A stretch of DNA of 64,000 nt from Octopus sinensis (lineage: Eukaryota): contig NC_043000.1 of the NCBI RefSeq assembly GCF_006345805.1, forward strand, positions 116,746,001 to 116,810,000, in the 5' to 3' direction. The position numbers and the translations under genes were made by a program. Shown here in pieces: positions 28,649-41,770 of this stretch (positions within the stretch are counted from its first letter, which is position 1; the number at the start of each line of letters is the position of its first letter). The notes below the pieces were generated by a model. The model was given only the letters and a program-made list of their open reading frames with translations. It had not been told where the DNA came from and searched no databases.

Positions 28649-29030
28649 CATGCGTGCGTGGAATAATGTCAGTGTGAGAATGTAATTGAATGATGTATAG
28701 AATCTATTTTAAATTCTTGTTTCATTTCATATATATTATATTCATGAAACCGTATTTAGATGTAAGAAATAAAATAATGCTTAATATTATTCAAAATTCT
28801 TTTATCTCTTTCGATAAGGTAGACTTTTCTTCAAAAAAAAAATCTGCGATTACTTATATTTTAGGTCTGAAATTTAACGTGAAATTGATAAGATATGGTG
28901 AGATGGTGTGTGACAAAGACGCGAAATATGAAACAAAGAGAAAATTAACAGAAAAAAGGCTTGAGAAGCATAACAGAAATTGATATTTGAAGAGAAAAAA
29001 AGAGACTAAGACACAGTAACATTAAACAAA

Positions 29031-29112
29031 ATAATAATAATAATAATAATCATGATAAAAATAATAAAAATAATAATAATAAGAAGAAGAAGAAGAATGA
29101 TAATAAAAATAA

Positions 29113-29199
<87 letters not shown>

Positions 29200-29283
29200 A
29201 AGAAGAAGAGAAGAAGAAGAAGAAGAAGAAGAAGAAGACGAAGAAGAAGAAGAAGAAGAAGAAGAAGAAGAAGAAGAAGAAAT
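29031..29283. repeat. (AAT)n-(AAG)n compound microsatellite
   Basis: Directly visible. Confidence 0.95.
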
Positions 29284-30676
29284 GTCCAAATAGAATATTG
29301 ATTTGAAGGAAACGAGAGATAAAAAGAAGAGAAGCTACGAAAGGAATATATGTGGAAGATATAAACTTAAAAGGAAGTGAGGAAAGAAAGAAAAAGGAAA
29401 GGATAAAAAAAAATTATAAAAACTAAGAAATAAAAATAAAAATGATAGCTTGAAATAAAATGGCAGCTTGAACGACAGTTTAAAAAAATGGAGATAGAGA
29501 AAGGAAAATGAGAGAGACGGGGAGAAGAGGAATGGGGAGGGTAATATGAGACTTGATAGCATAATAACATATTTAAAGGGAATATATTTAAACAACTGGA
29601 AAGAGAATAAATATAGGATGTCTGGAATACAACGCAGGATTGAAAGAGAAATGAAGTACGAACAGTTGTAAACTGTTAAACGGCGGCACACAAACACAAA
29701 CACGCTTGCATAATGTGTGTGTGTGTGTATGTGTGTGTGTGTGTGTGTGTATGCACACAGAGAATATATTAGGTTAAATATGAATACAGTAAATATCGTA
29801 AATTATTTTTAACCGTGTATTTGGAGCAGATAAATACAGGGTGCTGACGGCATTTAAGGACAGATTTATGGTTTAATAAAAAAAAAAAAACGCTTATATA
29901 GAAACAGAAAAAAAAACTGAATATCAATAAAAATAATGTACAGATAAAGCTAAGTTAACAATTTAATAATTTCTTTCCCTAAAACCACCATAAGCATCGA
30001 TAACTCCCTCTACGCGGGATCGGAATCATTTACAAGCTCGAATTAAATGGTCCTTGTTCATTTCGGGAATGACTCGAACTATGGCGACTTTTAAAAATAA
30101 GGATATATTTTATTCAGAGACAGAATTTAGTGAACTTTGTACAGACATTGAAATTTTATTATTTTATAATAAAATGGCCAGTGATTATTTTGGACTAGAA
30201 TATCTTTAAATTAATATTATTGACGATCCATAGAAACATTTTATGACCGTTGTAAATTTGAATTGTTAACGCTCACCCTTCTAAGCATAGGTATATTTTA
30301 AATTAGCCTATTTTATAATTTAGCAGTCCTTGCATAGAATGTTTGTCTACTTTTTGAAAAAATATCACCCTGAGGAGACTCATATGTATAAACGTAATTT
30401 TTTATAAATTCACTAGTGGATATGGGTCGAAAAAAATTGTTGTATTTATATTTGTTTTAGTTGTTTGTTATATTACATTATATCATTTCATAGTATATCA
30501 TATCATAATGTAAACAGATTTTTAATATGTCAATTCTATTTCTCTTATTTCCTTTAATAATTGTATATTGTAATTATACCCTGTAATTTGTGGTATTCTA
30601 CTGAAGTACCAGTGAAAATTGGATGTTTTATATTCCTTTGAAGGAAATGATTTACATATATATACGACAGATTTCC

Positions 30677-30759
<83 letters not shown>

Positions 30760-31819
30760 ATATATAAGGACGAGTTTCTTTCCTTTTCCGCCTACCAAGT
30801 ACACTCACAATACTTTGGTCGGCCCGCCACTATAGTAGAAAACAGTTTCCCAATGTGACACGCAGTGGAACCGAACCCAGAACCATGTGGTTGGGAAGCA
30901 ATCTTCTTACCTTACAGCCATACATGCGACTAAATAATATGCTTTTTCTGAAAATTCAAACTCTTTTGTAGCTTTCTTTTAAACTATGATTTCTTAATAT
31001 CACTGCTGACAGCATTTAGTATATTTTATTTTAATCGTTGAATCATTTTGTAATTAAAGGTCGGAAAAAAAACCCGTAATATTCTTGTTGTTATAGAGAA
31101 ATTTTATATCTCATCTTAGAGCGGAAGACCTAATGTCTCGTTTTGAATATTAATTTTGGTCTCTTTAGATATAAATTTCATTTAGACCACAATTTTCTCC
31201 CTGCATGATCTCCAAAAACAGTTAAACATATAATATTTGCAGAAAAAATGTTATCAAATAAACTGCAGGATATTAACGAAGAAAAGTTCTGGGTTACTTC
31301 CAGATCTCTTCATCCGTTTTATAGTGTATATAAATATATATATACTAGGAGACGGAATCATTTATCCTAAAATCTCGAATAGCCATATTGTTCTTGTAAA
31401 AACCATATGTCTAACTGTAGCAATAATATATATATATGATTAATTAGACCTAATGTATCTGATACAGGAATAATTAACAAATTCTATTAAATATATTACT
31501 CGCTTATAGTTATTGAAATTATGCGAAGCTTAAATTAATTGGTGGAAAACGCTCTCTAATAAATTATACTGTAATTTGCTAAAATTTGGTGGTATCAAAA
31601 ACTATAACGCTTACATTACAAAATCTCTCAAACTGCGCCTCAGGCCTACGCCAATGTCGTTTATGACTAATAGAGAAATAGATACAAAGCCTATCAGCTG
31701 TCTATTGCTATAAGAACAAATTAATGGGTTGGATTTATTAATCTAGGTTGATATATATTTCGTATCTACTCACCTTCATTTTTATGTATGAATAGATAGG
31801 ACTTCGAAGGCGGACATAT

Positions 31820-32435
31820 ATAAGAATCTTTAGCGCGCCGAGGAAAATGCTTAGCGGAATTTCGTCCGTCCTTATGTTCTGAGTAAAAATTCTGTCAAGC
31901 TCGACTTTGCTATCCATCCTTTCGGGGTCGATAAAAGTAGCCCCAGTTGAACACTGGGATCGATTTAATCGAATTAGTCCCTCTCACAAAATTTGAAACC
32001 AATATAGGTTGCTTCTGACTGAGGCGAGCTGGCACACGCGTTAGCACACCGGGCGAAATGCGTAGCCGTATTTCGTCTGCCGCTACGTTCTGAGTTCAAA
32101 TTCCACCGAGGTCGACTTTGCCTTTCATCCTTCCGGCGTTGATTAAATAAGTACCAGTTACGCACTGGGGTCGATGTAATCGACTTAATCCCTTTGTCTG
32201 TCCTTGTTTGTCCTCTCTATGTTTAGCCCCTTGTGGGCAATAAAAAATAAGAAACGTTAGCAGAAATTCTTGGCGGCATTTCGTGTCTTTACGCTCTGAG
32301 TTCAAATTCCACCGAGGTCGACTTTACTTTTCATTGTTTCCGGGTCGATAAATTAAATAACATTTGCATAGTGGGGTCGATCTAATCGACTTGCCTCCTC
32401 CTGCTAAATTTTGGGCCTTGTGCCTAGAGCAGAAA
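31820..32435 (+). mobile_element. Three tandem related SINE copies
   Basis: The central domain GTCGACTT..TTTCAT..GGGTCGAT recurs at ~31900, ~32110 and ~32320. Confidence 0.8.
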
Positions 32436-33189
32436 AGAACAGATACTGCTTCTCTTTAAACTAAGGTATTTAAAGATTAAATTTATCAAAAGTCAATTAT
32501 TATTTGTTTTATCTTTTACTTTTCCACTAATGTTATATCTGTTACGTTCAAAAGCATTAAATATACTTAAGTCATATGTTGCAATATATGTTTGAAAACC
32601 AACATCACTATGAAATAAATTTTCCTTATCTGATACTAATTAAAACACAAATTTATCGTAAAACGTTTTGTCAAGTTGGATGTGGTTGCTGTTGAAATTA
32701 TTAACTACATCAATAAATTTTCACACCATAGAATTCCCTTGAAAAATCCCTATATAAATATTAAGAAGATCGTCCCTTTCTCTTCATTCCTGAATTCACA
32801 ATGTTCAGTGAAGGAAAAAGAAACACATACTATGAATTTCCTTCAAACAGTAATTAATCAAATCTCTGATTTTAATAACATGTTTCACTTTGTAATATAT
32901 CTGGTTAATAAGTTACAGAATGTATCATGCTGAAAATTCCTAATAAGAAGGATTACCATAAAATATAAATTGCAAGAACTTCGTAATAGATAACCAAAGA
33001 GGAAAATCTAAATGAGGTTTCCTACGTTACCTCCCATTTATTGAAGCTTACCGATGGAGAGAACCAGATGCGCATATATTTACAAATACAAATGCATATA
33101 TATATAGATGCATATAGGCACACACACACATATATATATATATATACATGCATATACATATATAAATATATACATATATGTATATATAT

Positions 33190-33227
<38 letters not shown>

Positions 33228-33232
<5 letters not shown>

Positions 33233-33478
33233 AATAAAATCAAAAACAGAACGCAAAGGATATCGCGGTACACGTGTTTCAAGCTTTATAAACGACCTGT
33301 TCTTACATCAGTGAATAATGGATATAAAAGATGGTGTAAGAACAGGTCGTTTATAAAGCTTGAAACACGTGTTCCGCGACATCCTCTGTGTTCTGTTTTT
33401 GATGTTATTTGATATATTCCTCTCACCTCTGCCACTAGTTGGCGTATACAGGTGCTTACACCCTAAATTTGCAGTACC

Positions 33479-33480
<2 letters not shown>
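33228..33480 (+). mobile_element. Probable Penelope-like terminus (P4) with ~85-bp inverted arms
   Basis: 33228-33312 versus 33332-33416 are inverted with about 7 mismatches. Each arm carries GAAAC-ACGT-GT(A/T), the 3' half of a palindromic-stem-III hammerhead; the 5' core is degenerate. (TA)n flanks. Confidence 0.5.
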
Positions 33481-33554
<74 letters not shown>

Positions 33555-33560
33555 AGAGAG

Positions 33561-33595
<35 letters not shown>

Positions 33596-33601
33596 GGAGA
33601 G

Positions 33602-33632
<31 letters not shown>

Positions 33633-33809
33633 TATATAGATAGATAGATAGATTGATAAATACATACATGCATGCATACATATATACATATATACAAACA
33701 TGCACACACAAACACACACAAATATGTATATATAAATTTTCTATTTGTGTGTAAGAAGGCTACCAATGGTTTCATGAAGGGCTTCTTTTATTTTTTTAAT
33801 ACTTTTATA

Positions 33810-34065
33810 CGCTTCAGCTCTATGGCTGCGGCAACGCTGGTGCACCGCCGGAGTAATCACCTGGCAAGGCATTAAATAGCTGTGGTCCTTTGAATCTCAA
33901 GATATTGCAATACATGGTCCTCACACTACACGGGATAACTGGGACCTTTATAAAAGTGTATTGACGTCCACTTCGGAGCCTTGAATAGCTCTCGATACCA
34001 ACGTTTAGTGCCAGCCTCTCCTGGATCTTCCATGTGTATAATCACTGCATACCTTCACAATTATT
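33810..34065 (-). mobile_element. Decayed 3' fragment of the CR1-group LINE
   Basis: Minus-strand translation YTWKIQE..VGIESYS..MYCNILRFKGPQLFNALP, then tail GGCGGTGCACCAGCGTTGCCGCAGCCATAGAGCTG. Confidence 0.8.
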
Positions 34066-34126
34066 CAAGCCTGCCTCAGTGGAACTGTTAGAACTCGCAG
34101 GTACGTATATACATGCATACATACAT

Positions 34127-34158
<32 letters not shown>

Positions 34159-34219
34159 GCACACACACATGTATATACATACATGCATGCATACATACAT
34201 ACATACATACATACATACA

Positions 34220-34255
<36 letters not shown>

Positions 34256-34483
34256 TACATATGAAGGGTGCGCTGAATAAACTGTCGTCTAAATTACGCA
34301 AAAATGAAAATAATAGATATCATATTTTAACTGATATATTTACCAAAATTCATAAAACTATCTTTAAATACTAAAGAGTAAATTTATTCAATAAAATCGT
34401 GTACGTATGTAAGTATATATATATAGAAATATATACACATATATATATAAATATATATGTATATATATTGCGTACGTATGTAA

Positions 34484-34530
<47 letters not shown>

Positions 34531-34755
34531 AAATAAAATATTAGGGAATAAATCCAAACTTACAGTGAAAAATCAGATCTTGGATTGAATCCAATTTTAT
34601 AGTAAAATATTATATTATATTAAATTAGAGATAAAACCACCATTAGGCAAATCAAACAGTGAAAAACTTAAGCCAATACATAAAATTAATTAATTTATAT
34701 TATTTTGAATATATATCAAAATTATAAAAAATTTAATAAAAGATAATGAGTAAAA

Positions 34756-34824
34756 CACTACGATCGTTTCATGGCTGTCCAATTCTTAATAATTCGAGTT
34801 ATGGTTACAGTCAATCTTCAGGTG
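34756..34824 (-). ncRNA. Type I hammerhead ribozyme motif
   Basis: CAC-CTGAAGA-TTGACTGT...ACAGCCAT-GAAAC-GATC-GTA-GTG. Stem I is CAC/GTG, stem III is palindromic (ACGATCGT), and the triplet is GUA. Confidence 0.7.
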
Positions 34825-35067
34825 ATTGAAATATCTAAAATATAATCAGGAATATTTAAACAATATTTTTAAGATATAAATAATATAATAAATTACCGAT
34901 ATTAGATTATGGGTGGGTTTCCTACCTTATAAATTAAAATTAATATTTAACATTAAGTTCTATGTTTTTAGTTCGATAATAGAGTTTATTATAAGTAAAA
35001 TTATTATATTATTTATATCTTTAAAATATTGTTTAAATATTTCTGATTATATTTTAGATATTTCAAT

Positions 35068-35136
35068 CATCTGAAGATTGACTGTAACCATAACTCGAAT
35101 TATTAAGAATTGGACAGCCATGAAACGATCGTAGTG
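35068..35136 (+). ncRNA. Type I hammerhead ribozyme motif (partner copy)
   Basis: CAT-CTGAAGA(35071-77)...GAAAC(35122-26)-GATC-GTA-GTG. Confidence 0.7.
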
Positions 35137-36878
35137 TTTTACTCATTATCTTTTATTAATTTTTTAATAATTTTGATATATATTTAAAATAATATAAATT
35201 AATTAATTTTATGTATTGGCTTAAGTTTTTCATCGTTTGATTTGCCTAATGGTGGTTTTATCTCTAATTTAATATATATATATATATATAATATATGTAT
35301 GTATGTATATATATATATGTGTGTGTCTCTATTTATATCGAGTGCGTATGTATGTATACATCTACATGTGTAATTGTACCAATAAGCGCCTGATTGCTTT
35401 GTTGCGTATGCGCGGGTGAATGTGGGTGCGAGTTGAATCAGAATATATGTTATGCGAATTTATTGATGCAGTATGAGAGATAAAATTTTGATATATTTTA
35501 TTTGACAGCAATCAATATTGTCTTCCTGTGCTAGAGGAGCATTTAGCGACAAATTAGCACATTGAGAAACTTTGGAGAACTATGAAAATAGCTGTCGGTA
35601 CCCTTAATTTTCTTTCTATTATTTAAAGATTTTCTTACGTATTTTAATTCAGAAATATTGACTAGAAGCTATATAGACCGTCTACTGTGGATTAGAAATG
35701 ATAAAAATTATAATCGTGACTCTCTGTGGTAACTGTATTGCCTACGTGAGCTGACAGCACTTCGAGATGCAATTAAAATTCTTTTCGATGAGTGACAAGC
35801 AGAAATTAAACGGAAAATATATTAATTGCTACATTGTTCCATATATATATATTTCTAATTCTCTCTGTATAAATGTGTGGATTTAGTTTTGTATACATAA
35901 GTGTTTGAGAGTGTGTACATACATACAAGCATATATATATATATATATAATACTTTATAATTATATATTTATAATTATAACAAGTGTTTGGCTTTACGCC
36001 TCACCACGCAACTGCTAAGGCTTCTATTACCACATTAAAATCTCTGAGAAATAACACGCTATATTGCAGACAAACAAAACAAAAATAATGTATATACAAG
36101 GTTGGTCAACCCTATACCCGAATCAGATTTCTAGCTTAAAGTAAAATTAAAATATTTCACTTACTGGTATCATCAGCGGAAGTACTTAATGAGATAGACT
36201 TTCGAGTGTTTCAATATATGCCTCCAACCGTCGATATTGGATGACCAATATCCATCAACACTCGTAAAAATATACCACAAAGTATAATTCACATCCCTCC
36301 TTTGTACACACGTGTTATCTGTTATTATCTAGACTGCAGTAAATGCAGTTTCGATCATGGAGTAAATTTATTCAAATATGATTTTAATCAATCGAAATTT
36401 TATCCCATGGAGTACTTCCGTTGATGAGATCAGTGACATATTTTAATTTTACTTTTAGGTTGAAATCCGCATCGGGTACGGAGTTGACCAGCCTTGTATA
36501 TTCATTATTTTTGTTTTGTTTACCTGCAAAATAGTTTGTTATTTCTCGGAGGTTTTAAGGTGGTAATAGGAGCCTTAGCTTCTACTTCTGGCAGTTGCGT
36601 GGTAAGGCGTAAAGCCTAACTCTTGTTATAATTATAAATATATAATTATAAAATATTTTGTAAAATGTATCTATAAGGTTTTATTTCCGCACTGACCACC
36701 TGGTAAAATTTTTTTTTGATTTTACCCTATATCAAAATTAATACATACATACATACATACATACATACATGCATACATACATACATACATACATACATAC
36801 ATACATACATACATACATACATGCATACATACATACATACATATATATTTAACAGCGAAAAACGCGAACAAAGTAAAG

Positions 36879-37532
36879 ATGGCAAGGATGGAGACGCGGG
36901 CGCAGATGAGGAGGGTCACCCCCCACCTGGTGGACGCCCAGGAAGAAAACTCCAGCGAGAGGCCTGCCCGGGAGGTGAACCCAGGTGCGGATGCTCCTAC
37001 CGGCACCAAAAGCCATGGACATGGAGATGAAGAAGCCAAAAAAAGAGGAAAAACTGAAGCTAAAACTCAGACAAATCCAAGGGGCAAGGCAGCCAGGGAT
37101 AGAGGCAAACCTAACTATCCATATGCCAAAAAGGATGGAAACAAGCAGCGCACACGGGTATGTAGGTTCTACCTGAAAGGTGCCTGCCGGCATGGAGAGG
37201 AAGGTGCAGGCTGCCGCTTTGCACATCCGGGACCCTGCCACAGAAACCAACCACCGAAAGGAAATGGGATGGACCACGCATCACCTGCCCCAAAACGGAG
37301 GTACGCAGATGTGGTGCGTACCACAAACCACCAACGTGTTGTTGAAAGGGCAGCTGCTGAGCAGGAATCTTTTTTGTGCATGGCACAAAAGATTGTACAG
37401 CAGCTAACCTGGCTCCATCAGGCTCAGGCTCGCAGATGGAACTGCCCACGGTTCACAAGACCGCCACAGCAGATGGACCCAGGGTGGACACCGCCGGCAA
37501 CAGCATACACCTCACCTCGATGCTCCTACTGA
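36879..37532 (+). CDS. LINE ORF1, basic protein with a CCCH zinc finger
   Basis: 217-aa ORF containing CRFYLKGACRHGEEGAGCRFAHP (C-x7-C-x8-C-x3-H), directly upstream of ORF2. Confidence 0.75.
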   Translation: MARMETRAQMRRVTPHLVDAQEENSSERPAREVNPGADAPTGTKSHGHGDEEAKKRGKTEAKTQTNPRGKAARDRGKPNYPYAKKDGNKQRTRVCRFYLKGACRHGEEGAGCRFAHPGPCHRNQPPKGNGMDHASPAPKRRYADVVRTTNHQRVVERAAAEQESFLCMAQKIVQQLTWLHQAQARRWNCPRFTRPPQQMDPGWTPPATAYTSPRCSY

Positions 37533-40475
37533 ACATCAGAGAACTACTACCACACAGTAACAGGACAAAAGTCCCATTCCTGAGAGACTTTGTCGCATGC
37601 AATCAAGCCTTATGCATAGCACTCACAGAAACGGATCTGAAACCGGACATAGCAGATGCGGAATTACACATACCACAGTATGTTGTACTACGGACCGACA
37701 GGAAAGAAAGGAGTCATGGAGGAGTTGCTATGTACATCCGTGGGGACCTCACACCCCAGGTCCTTTTGTCATACTCAAACTCGGTGTGTGACACACTAAT
37801 TGTACACATAAGGCAACTTGATGTAGTTGTGTGTGCTACATATCGCCCTCCAGATGCCCCAAGTCATATGGGCAAGTTTGAGGACTGCCTTTTAAAAATA
37901 GAAGAAGTTCTAACCACATTAGAACAACACATAAGTGTACTTCTCATGGGAGACTTCAATCTACCGAATGTCAGATGGCCCGAGGGCCTTTCTCTCCCAG
38001 GAATGACAAGATGTGAACGAGGACAGGCGAGGTCCCTCCTGAACCTCACCAACACCCTGTACATGGAGCAAGTAATACTCCATCCAACCAGGGCAGGTAA
38101 CACACTGGATCTCTGCTTCACAAATAATATGGATCTCATCTATAATGTGAAAGTGACACCGACACTACTCTCGGATCACAACATGGTAGAGCTGACCATG
38201 TACGGGCCAAAAGAGAGCACGGACATGCAGCCTACAAGAAACCCTCAGAATCTTTCCAGCTTGAACTTCAATAAGGCAAACTGGAAACAAATTGAGAAAG
38301 AGATCCTCAAACAAAACTGGCCTAAATGTCTCTCCTCGCCGGACATCGACATGATACTTCAACAATTCATGTCTGTAATGCAAGCCATATGCTACAAATG
38401 TGTCCCAGAGAGAAAGGCCACTGTACACAAGAACAAAATCCCCAGAGAGAGGAAAATTTTAATGAGACGGCGTACAAAAATTTCAAATCGCCTAAACAAA
38501 CAAATTGAAAGCAGTGAAAAGTCCCGCCTGAAAATAAAACTGTTGGAATTGAAACTTGTCTGCAACTCTCCCATGAGAAGGAAAGAGCAGACAAAGAAGC
38601 CTGGGCTATAGACAACATAAAAACTAACCCCAGAGCTTTCTACAGGTATGCAAAGAAACAGCTACGGTGCACTGTAGGATAGGGCCACTCCTTGAAAAGG
38701 ATGGCACACTCACAGGAAAACCAATGAGGGTAAGTGAAATACTGAATGAACAATTCAAGAGTGTTTTCACTCCACCCCTTGGGCATTTCCAAATCAGCAA
38801 TCCAACTGACTTCTTTACCACTGCAGATATAGAATCAGAGGCGGCGACGATAAATTACATCGACATAAAGGAAGACGATGTAATAAAGGCTAGAGATGAA
38901 ATGAAAATAGACTCAGCTATTGGCCCCGATGGATTCCCGGCAATCCTCCTAAAAGTATGTAAGAGAGTCTTAGCAAGACCACTGCAGTTCCTCTTTCAGA
39001 GCTTCCTTGCAGCTGGCAAACTTCCAAGAAAACTGAAGGAAGGTAAAATATGCCCCATTCATAAAGGAGGTAGCAGAGCGGAGGCCAAGAACTACAGACC
39101 TATCTCTCTGACCTCACACATCAGCAAGGTCATGGAACGAATAGTCAGAAGGAAACTAATCACCTTCCTTGAAGAAAATGACTTGCTGCCTGACACCCAA
39201 CATGGTTTCCGACCAGGAAGAAGCTGCTTAACTCAGCTCCTGCAGCACTATGACTGGGTGCTGAAACAACTGCTCAACCACTCAAATGTGGAAGTCATAT
39301 ATCTCGACTTCGCAAAGGCCTTCGATAAAGTCGATCATGGAATGATATGTCACAAACTGCGTGATCTTGGCATAGTTGGAAAACTAGGAGAATGGCTTCA
39401 CGACTTTCTGAAGAATAGAAGTCAGGTGGTAGTAGCCAATGGTGTCACTTCCATTAGCACGCAAATAGTGAGCGGTGTTCCACAGGGCACTGTTTTGGGA
39501 CCACTACTGTTCATAATGGCCCTCTCAGATATGCCCTCAGCCACGCAGAGAGCCACGATCACAAGTTGCAGATGATACAAAAGTTTCACAGGCAATACAG
39601 AACCCTGAGGACACTAAGCACCTGCAATATGAGCTGGACGAAATATACAAGTGGGCTGAAAAGAATAGCATGCAGTTCAATGCTGAAAAGTTTCAAGCTT
39701 TATACTATCAGCATGCAAAACTGAATGCAATACCCAAGGAATACACTGGACCCGGAGGGATTGCAATCCCAGAGGCACAATCAGTGCGTGACCTGGGTAT
39801 TCACATGAGTGATGACGCGACCTTCATGTACATGTTGCTAAACTGACAATGAAATGCAGACGGCTGGCTGGATGGATTCTTAGAACCTTTAGAACAAGAG
39901 AACAAGAAACCATGATGGTCCTCTGGAAGACACTTGTCCTAAGCCACTTTGACTATTGCTCTCAGCTATGGTCACCATCCAGTGTCAAGTTGATCACAGA
40001 ACTTGAGGCGATCCAACGAAGCTACACGAAGAAGATAGCCTCTATGCAGAATGTAAGCTACTGGGAAAGACTCAAGAGATTAAAATTATATTCCTGGAGC
40101 GTAAGCGGGAAAGATATGCCATAATATACATCTGGAAGATCCTGGAGGGAAGTGTCCTGAACTTTGGCATCGAGAGTTACGCAAATGCCAGAACTGGGCG
40201 CCACTGCGTGGTGCCTAGGACTCCAAACTTGCCATCAAGATATAGGACAAGATTCTGTGATAGCCTGGGCTTCCGAGGCCCACAGCTCTTCAATATCCTC
40301 CCGAAGAACCTGAGAGACCTGCATGGGGTGGATACAGGTGTCTTTAAAATGGAGCTGGATCTTTTCCTGTCAGGTGTCCCAGATGAACCAACTTCACGGC
40401 AGGAGGGGCAGATGAGGGCAGCTGCATCGAACTCTCTCATGCACCAAATAGCAGTTGCTAGAAAGCCTCCATGAA
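37490..40475 (+). pseudogene. LINE ORF2: apurinic endonuclease + reverse transcriptase, frameshifted
   Basis: APE motifs IALTET, YRPP, MGDFNLP, TLDLCF, SDH. RT motifs NYRPISLTS, QHGFRPGRSC, YLDFAKAFDKVDH, GVPQGTVLGPLLF, (F)ADDTK (broken). C-terminal DYCSQLWSP is typical of the CR1 group. Confidence 0.93.
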
Positions 40476-40863
40476 GTGAAACCAAGTAGCAACACCAAAT
40501 GGCGGTGCCCCAGCATGGCCACAGCTCATAAGCTGAAACTAGAATCAATCAATCAATCAATCATATATATATATATATTTACTACAGACTGCTACTACTG
40601 CTATTTCGGCCGATGGTCATTTTCACATTTACAGCCAACGAATCTAGTCAACGCATAAGACAGCCATTATGCCCCCCCCCACAAAACACTATTATGTGGA
40701 CTCTGTTGAGACTAGTAAGAAACAATTACGAACTCTTTTTATTACACTTAACTTTTAAAAATATTTTTGATAAGGTTTGTTTTTTCAAGAAGAACCGAAA
40801 CATGTAAAATCTCTAAGAAAATAAAAATGTATCTTATATAGTGGCGTTTTCAAATTTCTTTTT

Positions 40864-40926
<63 letters not shown>

Positions 40927-41224
40927 CTATATATATAAGCATATATAAATTAAATACTGAGATATTCTATTAACATTCAGTAATTTAATTATATTACAAT
41001 ATTGCATTAAATATTATGAATATAATATATAACATATTATATTCATAGTATTTAATGTAATATTGTAATATAAATAAATTATTGAATGTCAATAGAATAT
41101 CTGTATATTCAATTTATCTTTATTATTCAATTACACCTTAATTTATATGGTATCCAATTGAAGTAGCAATGAATTGGATGTTTAACACACTCCTTGAAGG
41201 ATTTCTTTTCCTCAGTTCTTTAAT

Positions 41225-41264
<40 letters not shown>

Positions 41265-41283
41265 CTGTGTGTGTATACATATG

Positions 41284-41356
<73 letters not shown>

Positions 41357-41770
41357 TTGTGTATATATATATATATATAATCATGTTTACAGACATATAT
41401 ATTTTCATTATTCAGTACCACTTTTAAAAAAACGGAGTAGATTGCATTAGTGTATTTAAGCTGGAGCTGATTCTGTGGCATATTATTCTAGACCGGCGTT
41501 TAGCCAATGTGTTAGGGTGTTCCGATCGCGAGATCGTGCTTTCGAATTCTTCTCAGGAGGTTTGTTTTATTTTCGAGCATAACACTTCATTTTTCACGTT
41601 ACTTCATTTTACTCGGGTTTATATGGGTATCTCCGCGTTGAGAAAGTATGTTGGACTAGTACCCTATCCAACTAGATGGCATTATTCAAAATTCGAAATA
41701 GTGCGAAGTGCATTGTGACCATTGGCTTAAATTGATATCCGTTAATTTGTACATATACGTATGTACATAT

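Larger units (their letters stand above)
34538..35275 (-). mobile_element. Penelope-like element end (P5) forming a 280-bp-arm foldback
   Basis: 34616-34896 versus 34995-35275 are near-perfect inverted repeats with a ~98-bp spacer. An extra ~80-bp terminal segment is present on the left only. Each arm holds a hammerhead motif. Confidence 0.75.
36850..40562 (+). mobile_element. Near full-length CR1-group non-LTR retrotransposon
   Basis: ORF1 plus APE-RT ORF2 with few frameshifts. The 3' UTR ends in a stem-loop and an (AATC)n tail (40543-40562). The 5' end follows a (TACA)n array. Confidence 0.95.

Noticed and set aside
34538-35275. MITE/Foldback DNA transposon or mitochondrial insertion
   Set aside because: The ends are asymmetric, no TSD is distinguishable, both arms contain a hammerhead motif, and no mitochondrial gene could be read.
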